64,000 nt of DNA from a virus (lineage: Duplodnaviria; Caudoviricetes), in IMG/VR virus record IMGVR_UViG_2531839301_000007, positions 14,596 to 78,595 of that record. One strand, 5' to 3'. Made by a program: the position numbers and the translations under genes. Position 1 is the stretch's first letter. Each line of letters opens with the position of its first letter. Shown here piece by piece: positions 18,548 to 28,919 of this stretch. The notes under the pieces were generated by a model, which was given only the letters and a program-made list of their open reading frames with translations, did not search any database and was not told the origin of the DNA.

Positions 18548-21500
18548 ATGGCAGACCTTGGTAATTTACAATTTTCAATTCTCTACAAAGACGACCCGAA
18601 GCAACTTGACAAGATAAAGGAAAGAGCTTTGAAGAAGTTACAGGATATGAATCTTGTAACTAAAGTCAGCGGTTCGATTAATAAGACTGATTTAGTTAAA
18701 AGCGTAAGGGAGGCTCTCGGAAGCGAGCAATTTAAAATTGGTGTAGTGGTTGATAAGGCGAGCACTGCAAAAGCGGTACGTGATGCTTTGGAGAAAGCCG
18801 GATTGAATACCAACTATTCGGCAAGTGACTTGCGGGCACAGCGAGCTTTGGAGATAAGACAACGTATGGCGGATAAGGCTATCATTGATGCAGAACGGTA
18901 TAAAAAAGCAGCAGCGGATGCAAAATCAGCTTTAGAGAAGTTGTCTCAGGTTCAACAGAGAAATGCAAATGCCGCAAATAATCATGCACGGGCATCGCTT
19001 AATCTTGGTAACGGAATGAATGCTAATATCCGAATAGCTGGTGAATTAAAGAATCAGATGCTTGGTATATATTCTATTTATACAATAGAACGCTTTATTA
19101 GCAGCTTGGTACGAGTTCGTGGTGAATTTGATATGCAACTTATATCCTTGAAAGCTATTTTGCAATCAGGAGAAAAAGCTACAGAGTTATTTAATCAAAT
19201 AAAATCGCTATCAGTTATTTCCCCCTTCCAGTTTAAGGATTTGATTGGTTTTGCAAAACAACTATCCGCTTATCAAATACCGAATAGTGAATTATTTAAT
19301 ACCACCAAACGTCTCGCTGATTTAAGTGCTGGCTTGGGGGTGGACATGAATCGTATAATTTTGGCATACGGTCAGGTAAGAAGTGCCGCTTTTCTTCGCG
19401 GTCAGGAACTTCGCCAATTTACAGAAGCCGGTATTCCGATGGTTGGAGCATTGGCTGATAAGTTTAGTAAATTGGAGAACCGTGTGGTATCTACCGGAGA
19501 AGTATTTGATAAGATTAGCAAACGCCAAGTTCCGTTTGAAATGGTTAAGGAAGTAATGGAAGACCTTACGGATGAGGGGGGACGCTTCTATATGATGCAA
19601 GAAAAGCAATCAGAGAGTCTGCAAGGTAAAATTTCTAATCTACGTGATGCCTATGATATTATGCTAAATTCAATTGGTGAGGCTAATGATGGTATCTTAA
19701 AAGGCAGTGTAGATGCTTTGACTTCTTTAATGGAAAATTCGGACAAACTTATATCCATAATCGGTTCACTTGTTGTGACATACGGTGCATATCGAGCAAT
19801 GGTTATACTTAATAGCATTGCTTTGGGGAAAGAAACGCAGTCTGTTATAAGTGAAACTTTGGCGAATAAGGCAAAACGCGCGGATATGCTTACCATGGCA
19901 AGCATGTATCGGACTTTAACCAAAGAAGAGCAAATAGCAATAAGCACACGTAAACAAATGACAACGGCAGATTGGAGGGCTGTTGCAAGTAGTGGTGCTC
20001 TGTCTAAAGAACACGCCTTACGTTTGGTCAGACTTGGCAAACTTACCGAGTTACAAGCGATGGAACTTACAAGTATATATGCAACTACAAATGCAGAAAG
20101 AGCTTTATATCAAAGTCAAGTTAAAAAAGCTCTTTCGATGCAGACAAACATACAGCTTGGGAAAAGAATGACGCAAGTTTTTGGAGCATTTGGGATTACA
20201 TCAAAAGAATTGACTAAGACCGTTAATAGCTTAAAATTAGGTTTATGGGGAATGGCAAATGGCATTGGTAACGCATTTGTATCTTTGGTGTCACCCGCTA
20301 ATATTGCCATGCTTGCGATTGGTGCTTTGATATATACTATTACAAACTATCAAAAAGAGCAACAAGAGTTAAGCAATAGGATTAAACAGACTGGGGATGC
20401 CATTAAAGATTCGTATGATGAACTTAATAAATTTTTAACTGATAATCCATTAAGCATTGCTTTTAATAATGGGAACGAAGGAATAAAAGCATTTATTGAC
20501 AAGCTGAAAGAACAAGTGAAAGAAAATTCACCTATTGCTATTGAGATAATTGCAAAAGCGGATGGTATTGAAGATAATGTAGAACGATTGGATTTTCTTC
20601 GTAAAGCATTGGAAGATACGGCACAAGCGTATTTGGTAGCAAGTGATGCCAAAGATATTTTTGAGAATGCTAATGTTGCTACAGATGATTGGGGAATTGA
20701 TGATAAATTAGATGAAAATTTGAATAATTATGCGGATGCTCTTCGCAAATTTAATTACGAATTGAGTTCTACTAAACGGGCTGATTTATTATCAAAACTT
20801 CCTGTCTTTGGGGAAAATACAAATGAAATAAGAAAGAACATAGAGACAATGCGTGATGCAGGTAAAAGTCTTCCTGAAATTTATGATTATTACTATAATA
20901 TATTTGCGAAAAATGCTAAATGGAATGATGGTCCCATTACACATTCAATGGGGATAATAAATGGGTTAAAAAAAATATTGGAAGATACCAAGAAAGAAGT
21001 AGAGCATGATTTTGATACGTTTTACAAAGATTTGGAAACTCAAATTGAGAATAAAGGTATTGATGTAAATTCTATTTTGGGAAAGACTTTTGTTGAACGC
21101 TTGAAAAAAGAATATTTCACTCAAAATAATGTGCAGCTATTGGGGCAGGAACTGTTTAATTTCAAACTTGACAGTAAACTATATAATCAGAGTGCGGCTG
21201 TTCTGAATGAAATAGTACGTTTAATGAAATTAAAGGGGAAAGAAGCAGTACGAGAGTTTTCGGATTCAGGAGTTTGGGGTGAAGGTATGAATAAAGCATT
21301 AAATTCAGCTATCACTGAAGTCAAAATGAAATTCCCTGAATTTAAAGATACCATTAATAAAACAATAAATAATCAAGAGTTTAAAATAAGTATAAAAACT
21401 GTTCTTCAAGTTCCTGATGAAACCGAAATTCAAAAATGGGCTAAGTCGGTTTATTTGTCTCAACGTGGACTCATTGAAGGGATAAGTGACCCGAAATTAA

Positions 21501-24322
21501 TAAATGATGCTATAAAGAACTTCAATATATCCGGTTTGAAACCGGGTAATGATACCAAGTCAGTTTTTGATATAATTGATAATCTTAAAAAAGAAGCGGA
21601 TGATTACAATGATAAAATAGATGAACTGACTAAAGTTTATGATTCCCAAAAGAGCGAAACTGTAAAGACAGAACTTGACGGATATATTAAACAAAGGGAT
21701 GCTATTATTAATCAACTTGCCGGATATGGATATGACTATGTACGAAAAGGCAAAAATGAAGAAAAAGACCCTGTACTTGAATTATTGAAAGAACGCTTTA
21801 AGCAAGTCAAAGATTTTATGTCTATGTACGAGAAGCTAAGTGATACTTATGGAAAGGCTGATGCTCTTCGCATGACAAAAGATAGTGGGCTTTTTGCATC
21901 TGATTTATTTAAAAACTCTACCACTGAAAGTATTACGGAGAATGTACAGAAAGAGATTGAGAAGATTATAAAAAGGTCAAGTAGTAAAACCAAAGATAGA
22001 CGCTCTCTGACTGAAAGTGCATTATCATACAATATTGACTTGGGTGTAAAAGTTGATAAGGAGAATTTGCAGAAAGCTGTTACAGAAATTGGAAAGTACA
22101 TATCTGACACAACAAAGAAATGGGATATATACAAGAATGCGCTCAACAGTACGAATAATGAAAAACTTGCCATGCAACTGGCTTTTGGCGGTAATGTAAG
22201 CTTCGGCAATGTGACAGACGAACTACAAGCCAAAATTCAGGAAATGATGCAGGGTGACAAACGAGTAAATATTGATTTTGCCACTCTTGTAGGAATGAAT
22301 ATCAAGGATATAGAGCAAAGTTTCGGGAAACCTCTTGCAAATCTTGTGAAAAGCTGGCAGGAAGAAACCGGTAAGTTGAAAGAGGAAACTGTAAAGAACT
22401 TCCTTGATATATTGAAACGTTCTGCTGACTTCGGAGAACAAATAGCTGCCATTGATGCGAAATTACAGAAGGATATTGCAGACTTGGAGAATAATAGTCA
22501 GAATTTAAGCAATGAAGATGTTGAAAGAAGGCGTAAGTTCCTGACGGATGAAGCTAATAAGGAAAAATCATCTGTAAGGTTTGAAGAATTTAAGCAAACT
22601 TCTGATTGGGTTAAAGTCTTTGATGATTTAGATAGAGTTTCTACAAGTACACTCAATGAAATGATTGAAAAAATCAGTGAGTTTGCGCAACAAGCCGGAT
22701 TGAGCGAGAAAGTGACTAAGCAGCTTGTAGAGGCTATGAGAAAGTTACGGGAAGAAAGCATTGATAGAAATCCATTTCAAGGTTTGTTAAATGCCATCAA
22801 CAATCATTCCAAATGGAACTTTGCAAAAGACAGACTTGGCAATAATGATTCTTTCACCTTTAAACGAGATGAAGGAGGCTTCAAAAAGGGACAAACTATT
22901 ACCAAGAAGGACGTGGATAATGGTTTAGCTGAATCCAACGATGATATGGAGAAATCCGCTTTGGATATTGCAAACAAGTTTAAAGCCGTTGCCGATGCTG
23001 CTGATATGTTGGGGGGAATGTTCGAGAATTTGGGCGTAAATATGGATGGTTTCTTAGGGGGTATAACCGATATTCTTGGTGGTGCTGCCAGTGGGGCACA
23101 AGCTGGTGCTGGTATTGCAAGTGCACTGGGAGCAGCTGGTCCTTGGGGTGCTGCTGCTGGTGCTGCCGTAGGTATGCTTTCAGCCGTTTTTGCTTTGCAT
23201 GATAAAAAGCAAGAAAAGATTATTAATGAGAGTAAACAACGTGTAAAAGAGTTGGAGAATCTTTATGATTTGATTGATAAGAAGTTAGAGTACTCATTAG
23301 GGAGTGGAGCCAGCGTAAAATTGCTTGATGCCGAGAATGACAAAATTCAACTGGATAAAGTTAATGCAAGAATAGACTCTATTCGTCGCAAAGATAAAAT
23401 AAGCATCTTTGATATTATGGCTTTATCGAAATATTCAAAAGAATCGGAGAAACTGCAAAAACGTGTCAAAGCATACAATGAAGGAGGTGCTTATGGTTAT
23501 CAGCGTGCTTTGATGCAAGAGCAGATGTCAGAGCTTGAAAAACAGAGGCAGGCAGAGATTGATAAGAAAAAAACGGATGATGGCAAAGTTGCTGATTATG
23601 AAAATCAGATTGCGGAACTAAAGCAGCAGATAAAGGATTTTGCCGAGGATGCTGCGGATTCTCTATACGGAATTAATCTGAAAGATTGGGCTTCACAGCT
23701 GGGGGATGCCTTGTACGAAGCATGGCAAAAAGGGGAAGATGGTGCCGAAGCCTTCAAGAAGAAAGCAGCCGAAATTATGGGAGATGTAATGAACTCCGTA
23801 TTGAAACTTGCAATACTTGAACCAGCTATGAAGAATCTCCAAACCATGCTTTTCGGGGAAGACGGTCAAAGCGGTATGTTTGGTAAAGATTTCAAATTAG
23901 ATAATAGCGAACTCGAAAACATTGCTGATTATTTGATGGGTGTTAGCAGTAAGACTGATGATTATTACGATGCACTGGATAAGCTGAACGAGTATATGGA
24001 AAAGAAATATGGAGTCAGCATGAAAGAAGAAGCTGAAAGTTCCGGTTTGAGTAAAGGAATTGAAGGGGTAACTGAAGACACCGCAAATTTGCTCGCCTCA
24101 TATTTGAATTCAGTTCGTTCTGATGTTGCGATGAAATTACAACTTGTGAGACAGATTGTAGATGAACATTTTCCTCGAATGAATTTGTTGGCAGAAGCTC
24201 AACTTACAGAACTCAAAGCTATTTCTCGAAATACAGCAAGTAACGTAGTGTTGGTTACTGAAATTAGAGATATGCTCGGTGCGGCAAGACTTAGTAAAGA
24301 CCGTGGTTTCTACTTAAAATGA
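18548..24322 (+). CDS. Tape measure protein
   Basis: 1924 aa helical; tape-measure domain motif LRGQELRQFTEAGIP. Confidence 0.92.
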   Translation: MADLGNLQFSILYKDDPKQLDKIKERALKKLQDMNLVTKVSGSINKTDLVKSVREALGSEQFKIGVVVDKASTAKAVRDALEKAGLNTNYSASDLRAQRALEIRQRMADKAIIDAERYKKAAADAKSALEKLSQVQQRNANAANNHARASLNLGNGMNANIRIAGELKNQMLGIYSIYTIERFISSLVRVRGEFDMQLISLKAILQSGEKATELFNQIKSLSVISPFQFKDLIGFAKQLSAYQIPNSELFNTTKRLADLSAGLGVDMNRIILAYGQVRSAAFLRGQELRQFTEAGIPMVGALADKFSKLENRVVSTGEVFDKISKRQVPFEMVKEVMEDLTDEGGRFYMMQEKQSESLQGKISNLRDAYDIMLNSIGEANDGILKGSVDALTSLMENSDKLISIIGSLVVTYGAYRAMVILNSIALGKETQSVISETLANKAKRADMLTMASMYRTLTKEEQIAISTRKQMTTADWRAVASSGALSKEHALRLVRLGKLTELQAMELTSIYATTNAERALYQSQVKKALSMQTNIQLGKRMTQVFGAFGITSKELTKTVNSLKLGLWGMANGIGNAFVSLVSPANIAMLAIGALIYTITNYQKEQQELSNRIKQTGDAIKDSYDELNKFLTDNPLSIAFNNGNEGIKAFIDKLKEQVKENSPIAIEIIAKADGIEDNVERLDFLRKALEDTAQAYLVASDAKDIFENANVATDDWGIDDKLDENLNNYADALRKFNYELSSTKRADLLSKLPVFGENTNEIRKNIETMRDAGKSLPEIYDYYYNIFAKNAKWNDGPITHSMGIINGLKKILEDTKKEVEHDFDTFYKDLETQIENKGIDVNSILGKTFVERLKKEYFTQNNVQLLGQELFNFKLDSKLYNQSAAVLNEIVRLMKLKGKEAVREFSDSGVWGEGMNKALNSAITEVKMKFPEFKDTINKTINNQEFKISIKTVLQVPDETEIQKWAKSVYLSQRGLIEGISDPKLINDAIKNFNISGLKPGNDTKSVFDIIDNLKKEADDYNDKIDELTKVYDSQKSETVKTELDGYIKQRDAIINQLAGYGYDYVRKGKNEEKDPVLELLKERFKQVKDFMSMYEKLSDTYGKADALRMTKDSGLFASDLFKNSTTESITENVQKEIEKIIKRSSSKTKDRRSLTESALSYNIDLGVKVDKENLQKAVTEIGKYISDTTKKWDIYKNALNSTNNEKLAMQLAFGGNVSFGNVTDELQAKIQEMMQGDKRVNIDFATLVGMNIKDIEQSFGKPLANLVKSWQEETGKLKEETVKNFLDILKRSADFGEQIAAIDAKLQKDIADLENNSQNLSNEDVERRRKFLTDEANKEKSSVRFEEFKQTSDWVKVFDDLDRVSTSTLNEMIEKISEFAQQAGLSEKVTKQLVEAMRKLREESIDRNPFQGLLNAINNHSKWNFAKDRLGNNDSFTFKRDEGGFKKGQTITKKDVDNGLAESNDDMEKSALDIANKFKAVADAADMLGGMFENLGVNMDGFLGGITDILGGAASGAQAGAGIASALGAAGPWGAAAGAAVGMLSAVFALHDKKQEKIINESKQRVKELENLYDLIDKKLEYSLGSGASVKLLDAENDKIQLDKVNARIDSIRRKDKISIFDIMALSKYSKESEKLQKRVKAYNEGGAYGYQRALMQEQMSELEKQRQAEIDKKKTDDGKVADYENQIAELKQQIKDFAEDAADSLYGINLKDWASQLGDALYEAWQKGEDGAEAFKKKAAEIMGDVMNSVLKLAILEPAMKNLQTMLFGEDGQSGMFGKDFKLDNSELENIADYLMGVSSKTDDYYDALDKLNEYMEKKYGVSMKEEAESSGLSKGIEGVTEDTANLLASYLNSVRSDVAMKLQLVRQIVDEHFPRMNLLAEAQLTELKAISRNTASNVVLVTEIRDMLGAARLSKDRGFYLK

Positions 24323-24463
24323 TGATTGCTTCACAATAACCTACTTTAACACTGTTTTTACAGACTATACGAATGTACTATGGCGTATAGGCTATTTAAT
24401 ATTTGTTTTTACTAAAATTATAGTGGTAAATTATTCGTACTTGCACAGTCAAAAAACGCCTTG

Positions 24464-24582
24464 TATATTTGCACTGTATCAAGTAGGACTGATGCCCAAA
24501 CATACTGATTATCATTGCCTGATATAGGCTTTATAATATTAAAGAGCCGTGCCAAAAGTCCTACTTGGTGCGGTTCTTTTTT
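24464..24582 (+). promoter_or_regulatory. Promoter plus terminator/antiterminator leader
   Basis: TATATTTG 24464; CAAGTAGGACT (24480-90) is the exact complement of AGTCCTACTTG (24557-67) inside terminator 24541-24582. Confidence 0.6.
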
Positions 24583-24944
24583 GCGGTTCTATCAGTGCCA
24601 ACCGTGCGGACTTATCACCCGTGAGATAAAATGGCTCTTCAGTCGATTAAGACGCTTGTTTAACCCTGCTCCGTTCCACGCACTAACGACAGGTGACTCA
24701 CAAAGGATTACCACTTTTGACAAGCGAACGAAATTATCATTCAAGCAAAGAAGCTTGGGTAGTGAGGCGGAAGTGCTTAATTCGGCTTGATTTTCTTGAT
24801 TTTTCAGATAAACGAATTAAATAAATAGTTTATTGATAAAATGCATAAATGTTATGTAATGATTAATCAAGAAGATAACTCTCTTACCTCTGTTGATATA
24901 TAGGTAGTGAGAGATAAGGTGCGATATATAATTAAGTAAGCTAT

Positions 24945-25445
24945 ATGGATAAATTAAACAATGAATTAAAAAAACAAGCTATCGCCTACGGCTTATGCGA
25001 GCAATGGACGAACGATTGGAGTGAGAGCCACAACAAACAAGAATTGATTGATATGTGGCTCCGGGGGATTGACTTTGCAGTTGAAAACGATTATCCCACT
25101 AATGAATTTATCAAAGAGCATTTTGAACCGGAACTTCTGAAAGAGAACCATATCTTTGTTGATAGTCCTTTTAATGGTGTCAATCTCGACAAAAAGGTGG
25201 TAGTATGTGGCAAAAGTGATGGTGTGTTGGAGTTTGACAAGTTCTCGACATGTGATATTTATATACGCCATGAATGTCATGCGCATATACGCGCTTCGGG
25301 ATGCTCGAAAATTTTCATCAATTTGTATGACGGTGCAAATATAACTATCAAGCAAATGGAAGCTGCAAAGGTGTATGTTTATCTTCATGGTTCTAATTGC
25401 CATGTGAAGTATGAGGGAGAAGTCTTTGTAAGAAATAGTAGATAA
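24945..25445 (+). CDS. Phage hypothetical protein
   Basis: 166-aa ORF with typical codon composition. Confidence 0.7.
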   Translation: MDKLNNELKKQAIAYGLCEQWTNDWSESHNKQELIDMWLRGIDFAVENDYPTNEFIKEHFEPELLKENHIFVDSPFNGVNLDKKVVVCGKSDGVLEFDKFSTCDIYIRHECHAHIRASGCSKIFINLYDGANITIKQMEAAKVYVYLHGSNCHVKYEGEVFVRNSR

Positions 25446-25467
25446 TCAATTTTAAAAAAAGCGATAT

Positions 25468-26118
25468 ATGAAAACAAATCAAATAATGACACGTCCTATG
25501 GGCGAATTTAAAGTAACCCAACGAACAAAAGACGGATTCTTTAATGCTACGGAGCTTTTGAAGCAATGGAACGAAAACTCTGGGATGAAAAAGGAAGTAA
25601 CAAAATTTTTTGAAGTCCAATCTACTGGGGAACTTGTAAAAGTGATAATGGAGCGAGAAAATCTAAATACGCAAGATTCTACGTATTTAAAAATGAGGGG
25701 TAAAAATGGTGGTACATGGATGCACCCAATTCTCTTTATAGACTTCGCCATGTGGATAAATCCATCATTCAAGTATGATGTGATTAAATTTGTTTATGAT
25801 GAGATGATAAAGTTTCGCAATCTATCCGGTGATGCTTATCCCACAATGTGTAAGGCAGTCAAAACGATTCTCCCCGAAGGTATGTTCCGTGAAAAGATAA
25901 AAGACCTTGCCCGTTCGCTGAATATTATCGTTTTTGGAAAACATGAATCAGAAATGAGGAATAAAATAGCTGACGAAGCCAAATTAAAAGAATTGTACGA
26001 TCTTGAAATGAATATAGCCCAATGGATAAATATCGGCATTGTTAGCAACTATCTACAACTTAAAAAGGCTCTTACTACCTTGTATTATCAGAGATATCCA
26101 AATGTACTGCCGCTTTGA
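25468..26118 (+). CDS. KilA-N domain protein
   Basis: QRTKDGFFNATELLK...GGTWMHP KilA-N motifs. Confidence 0.85.
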   Translation: MKTNQIMTRPMGEFKVTQRTKDGFFNATELLKQWNENSGMKKEVTKFFEVQSTGELVKVIMERENLNTQDSTYLKMRGKNGGTWMHPILFIDFAMWINPSFKYDVIKFVYDEMIKFRNLSGDAYPTMCKAVKTILPEGMFREKIKDLARSLNIIVFGKHESEMRNKIADEAKLKELYDLEMNIAQWINIGIVSNYLQLKKALTTLYYQRYPNVLPL

Positions 26119-26138
26119 TATGGTACTGGGATAAGAGA

Positions 26139-26160
26139 AAGCCGGGGTAGTTCCCGGCTT
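26139..26160. terminator. Bidirectional terminator hairpin
   Basis: AAGCCGGG-GTAGTT-CCCGGCTT between convergent genes. Confidence 0.65.
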
Positions 26161-26171
26161 ATGTAAGCAAG

Positions 26172-26777
26172 CTAAAAATTATCAAGCATAGGGTCTTTTA
26201 CGGATTTGAGTTTTTCTAATATTTCTTTTTTATATTCTCCTAATATGTTTCCAATTACATCTGTATCATATTCTTTATAAATACTATCGTTAAATTTGCT
26301 ATTTGTAGGAGCTGGAATTTCAAAAGCAATTTTAATTATTCCTTTTTGAAATATTTTATCAATATCTTTTTGGGAAATGTCGGCAAATACCGATATTTTA
26401 TAGTCATAATTTATTCCTTTCCTCCCAATCCTATCAATATAATCATCATTTGACTTCAATGTTACAATTTCATTGTTTGATAATTTTAACAAAATTCGCT
26501 TATTTTTCATCATAATCAAATCATATTTTCCTTCTATATAAAAAACAACAGACCAAAAATATTTTTTATTTTCTTTTTTGTAATTCAATACCGTAAGTGA
26601 TAATCCAGGAGAAAAAGAGTAGTAACAATTATCGTCTTTCATATACTGCATATTTTTTAAAGGCTCAAATTTACAAAGCACCCTATCCATTCCTACTATT
26701 TCATCACTGACATTATGCTCTTGCGACATCGTTAGCTGAGAGGTTATTATAAAAAGAAAGAATAAAATTTTCTTCAT
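26172..26777 (-). CDS. Secreted hypothetical protein (moron)
   Basis: Signal peptide MKKILFFLFIITS; very AT-rich; antisense to tail operon. Confidence 0.7.
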   Translation of the reverse strand: MKKILFFLFIITSQLTMSQEHNVSDEIVGMDRVLCKFEPLKNMQYMKDDNCYYSFSPGLSLTVLNYKKENKKYFWSVVFYIEGKYDLIMMKNKRILLKLSNNEIVTLKSNDDYIDRIGRKGINYDYKISVFADISQKDIDKIFQKGIIKIAFEIPAPTNSKFNDSIYKEYDTDVIGNILGEYKKEILEKLKSVKDPMLDNF

Positions 26778-26780
26778 AAT

Positions 26781-26975
26781 TTATAGTTTAACAATTTGAA
26801 AATAAATCAATAGCAAATATATGAACCACCATAAATAAATTATCATTGCGTACCTAAGATTGATATAATATGCCACACAACCGACTGGAAGTGTAACAAC
26901 AAACACCCAAAAAAGGAATGATGATATTTTACGCTGGAATGAGGGCATCTTATCTAAGTTCATGTTTAATTCCAA
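26781..26975 (-). CDS. Small membrane protein (moron)
   Basis: 64 aa, two hydrophobic helices. Confidence 0.5.
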   Translation of the reverse strand: MELNMNLDKMPSFQRKISSFLFWVFVVTLPVGCVAYYINLRYAMIIYLWWFIYLLLIYFQIVKL

Positions 26976-27087
26976 AGAAAAGTGCTAATGCACCACCCAC
27001 TATCCATACAATAGCATAAATCCATCCACCACATACGCAAAAGCATATTAGAAGAATAAATAATATCCAAAGAATAACTCCTATCAT
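26950..27087 (-). CDS. Small membrane peptide, 45 aa (not in ORF track)
   Basis: Hand translation MIGVILWILFILLICFCVCGGWIYAIVWIVGGALALFFGIKHELR; TATTTTTG upstream at 27113-27120. Confidence 0.45.
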   Translation of the reverse strand: MIGVILWILFILLICFCVCGGWIYAIVWIVGGALALFFGIKHELR

Positions 27088-27308
27088 GTTCGTATCATTT
27101 GTTATCTAAATGCAAAAATATTAATTATACAGTCAAGAATACAAGTTTCTCGATATGTTTGATTGCATGATTTCGTTGTTTAGAATATTTCTAAATAAAT
27201 GGGCGTAAATATGTTGTGCAACTTAATTTGTTTTCATTCTTTCTCACTCTTGTCCATAATGTGCTAAAAACCAACATAATGCCATTTGTGAGTGATATTA
27301 TATTGCCT

Positions 27309-27438
27309 TAGCTTTGCATCAGAAAACAACGTTGAATCTCATGTTTCGTGGTGGTTACATGGAGATAGATAACAATATATTTATGGGCATTTGGGCTTTG
27401 TCGTAAACCACCACAATATACGGCATTCCCATTTGCCC
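27309..27438 (+). promoter_or_regulatory. Promoter plus alternative-hairpin leader of antirepressor
   Basis: TAGCTTTG 27309; GTGGTGGTT (27348-56) complements AACCACCAC (27406-14) in the loop of GGGCA..TGCCC hairpin 27385-27438. Confidence 0.55.
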
Positions 27439-27462
27439 TTTCTCATTTTAATAATTATGATT

Positions 27463-28248
27463 ATGAATACGAATTTAGTTTTGTCCAAAGATAGTAGCGA
27501 GAGTGAAATCAAAGCATATTTCAATGCAGTTCTTGAACTGTCAAAGTCGGAAAATGAATTTCCAATCAATCTTGATGATGTATGGGCGATAGCCTATACA
27601 GAAAAAAGAAGTTGTGTACGTGAATTAAAGAATAATTTCATTGAAAGTGTTGATTATCAAGTTTTACGCAAAAGTGTGCAAAACTCAAAAGGCGGTCGTC
27701 CCACTGAAGATTACTATATTTCAGTTTCATGCCTTGAATATTTAATCGCTCGTAAAGTACGCATGGTATTTGAGGTGTATAGACAGGTATTTCATAAAGT
27801 AGCCAATGGAGAAGTGAATGGTCTTGGATTGAGTAAAGATGATATAGCTTCATTGAAGATGCTTGCTGGAATGGTACGAATGATGAATATGCAGACTTTC
27901 GTAGCTCCTTCAAATCCTGAAACTGTTTCGCCGGAATACGTATCATATAAAAGAATGAACAGTAATCGTAATGCGGAGTTGGATGCAAGCGTTGAACACC
28001 TTATCGGAAATGAAGACTTGCAGCGTACTTATTATACTGTTTGTGCTTTTGCCCGGCACAACTTTATAGAGCTTGATAAGTATGAAGCTGCCCGTCTCGG
28101 TAATCTTTCCGCTAATCTTTGTCGTAGAAATGGATTTGCTATTGGAAAATGTGCAGATATTCGTTTTGATACTATAAATGTCTATCCCCGTGAGATATTG
28201 ACTGCTGTTTTCCGGCAACGCTATCCTGAACGCCACATAAATTCATAA
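27463..28248 (+). CDS. AntA/AntB-family antirepressor
   Basis: FPINLDDVW...FIESVDY...GGRPTEDY; start at 27457 or 27463 preferred to 27391. Confidence 0.75.
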   Translation: MNTNLVLSKDSSESEIKAYFNAVLELSKSENEFPINLDDVWAIAYTEKRSCVRELKNNFIESVDYQVLRKSVQNSKGGRPTEDYYISVSCLEYLIARKVRMVFEVYRQVFHKVANGEVNGLGLSKDDIASLKMLAGMVRMMNMQTFVAPSNPETVSPEYVSYKRMNSNRNAELDASVEHLIGNEDLQRTYYTVCAFARHNFIELDKYEAARLGNLSANLCRRNGFAIGKCADIRFDTINVYPREILTAVFRQRYPERHINS

Positions 28249-28277
28249 CAAAAAATAGAAAATACAACCATTAGTTC

Positions 28278-28384
28278 TTTGAAATAATAGAAAATATATA
28301 TAGTTTTGTAGCGTAATAAAAAGAATAAAAGCCAAAAGAGCTTGTTATTGGAGTTTAATAGCCCCAATAGCAAGCTCTTTTTTT
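28278..28384 (+). promoter_or_regulatory. Tail-operon promoter followed by terminator-like hairpin
   Basis: TTTG-N19-TAGTTTTG (28278-28308); AAAGAGCTTG...CAAGCTCTTT+TTTT (28335-28384). Confidence 0.6.
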
Positions 28385-28405
28385 ATTGTCATACAAAACG
28401 AGGTA

Positions 28406-28918
28406 ATGGTAGAGGCATATAGCATATTGTTTCAGAAGACTTCAGACGGTGCGAAGGTGAAAGACCTTCTTACTGAATGGAAGATGGTGTGTACCGATTT
28501 TCCATTTGAATTGTATCCTGAAACGAAGGATTTGCCTAAACGTGATTGGGCTGACGAAGACGGAGAGGACACTTTTATTCCTGACGTATTACCGCTAAAG
28601 GCTTATGATCTTGAAGCTGGGATATGTTATACAGGTGAAATGGCAACCGCCTATGATAATGTTGTTTCATTTTTAGGCTACCTGATTGGAGAAGATGGCA
28701 ATGGTGCCACTTTGAAGGTGTATAATCCACATACCAATATCGGAAGACGGAATTTATACTTTCTTGGAGCAAGTGACTATGACTTCCATTCAACTAAAGA
28801 TGGTGATTCAGTCACATTTAAAGTGAAGTTCCGGGTAACTGATCCAAAGACGGAAATTGTGCCTTCGTACAGTATTGATATGACTACGATTTTAGCATTA
28901 GTAGCAAAGAAGGGATAG
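28406..28918 (+). CDS. Distal tail (Dit)-like protein
   Basis: 170 aa preceding the large hub gene. Confidence 0.55.
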   Translation: MVEAYSILFQKTSDGAKVKDLLTEWKMVCTDFPFELYPETKDLPKRDWADEDGEDTFIPDVLPLKAYDLEAGICYTGEMATAYDNVVSFLGYLIGEDGNGATLKVYNPHTNIGRRNLYFLGASDYDFHSTKDGDSVTFKVKFRVTDPKTEIVPSYSIDMTTILALVAKKG

Positions 28919-28919
28919 T

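Noticed and set aside
24515-24790. 91-aa ORF as a gene
   Set aside because: Runs through a terminator hairpin and has no recognisable features; kept only as a possible leader.
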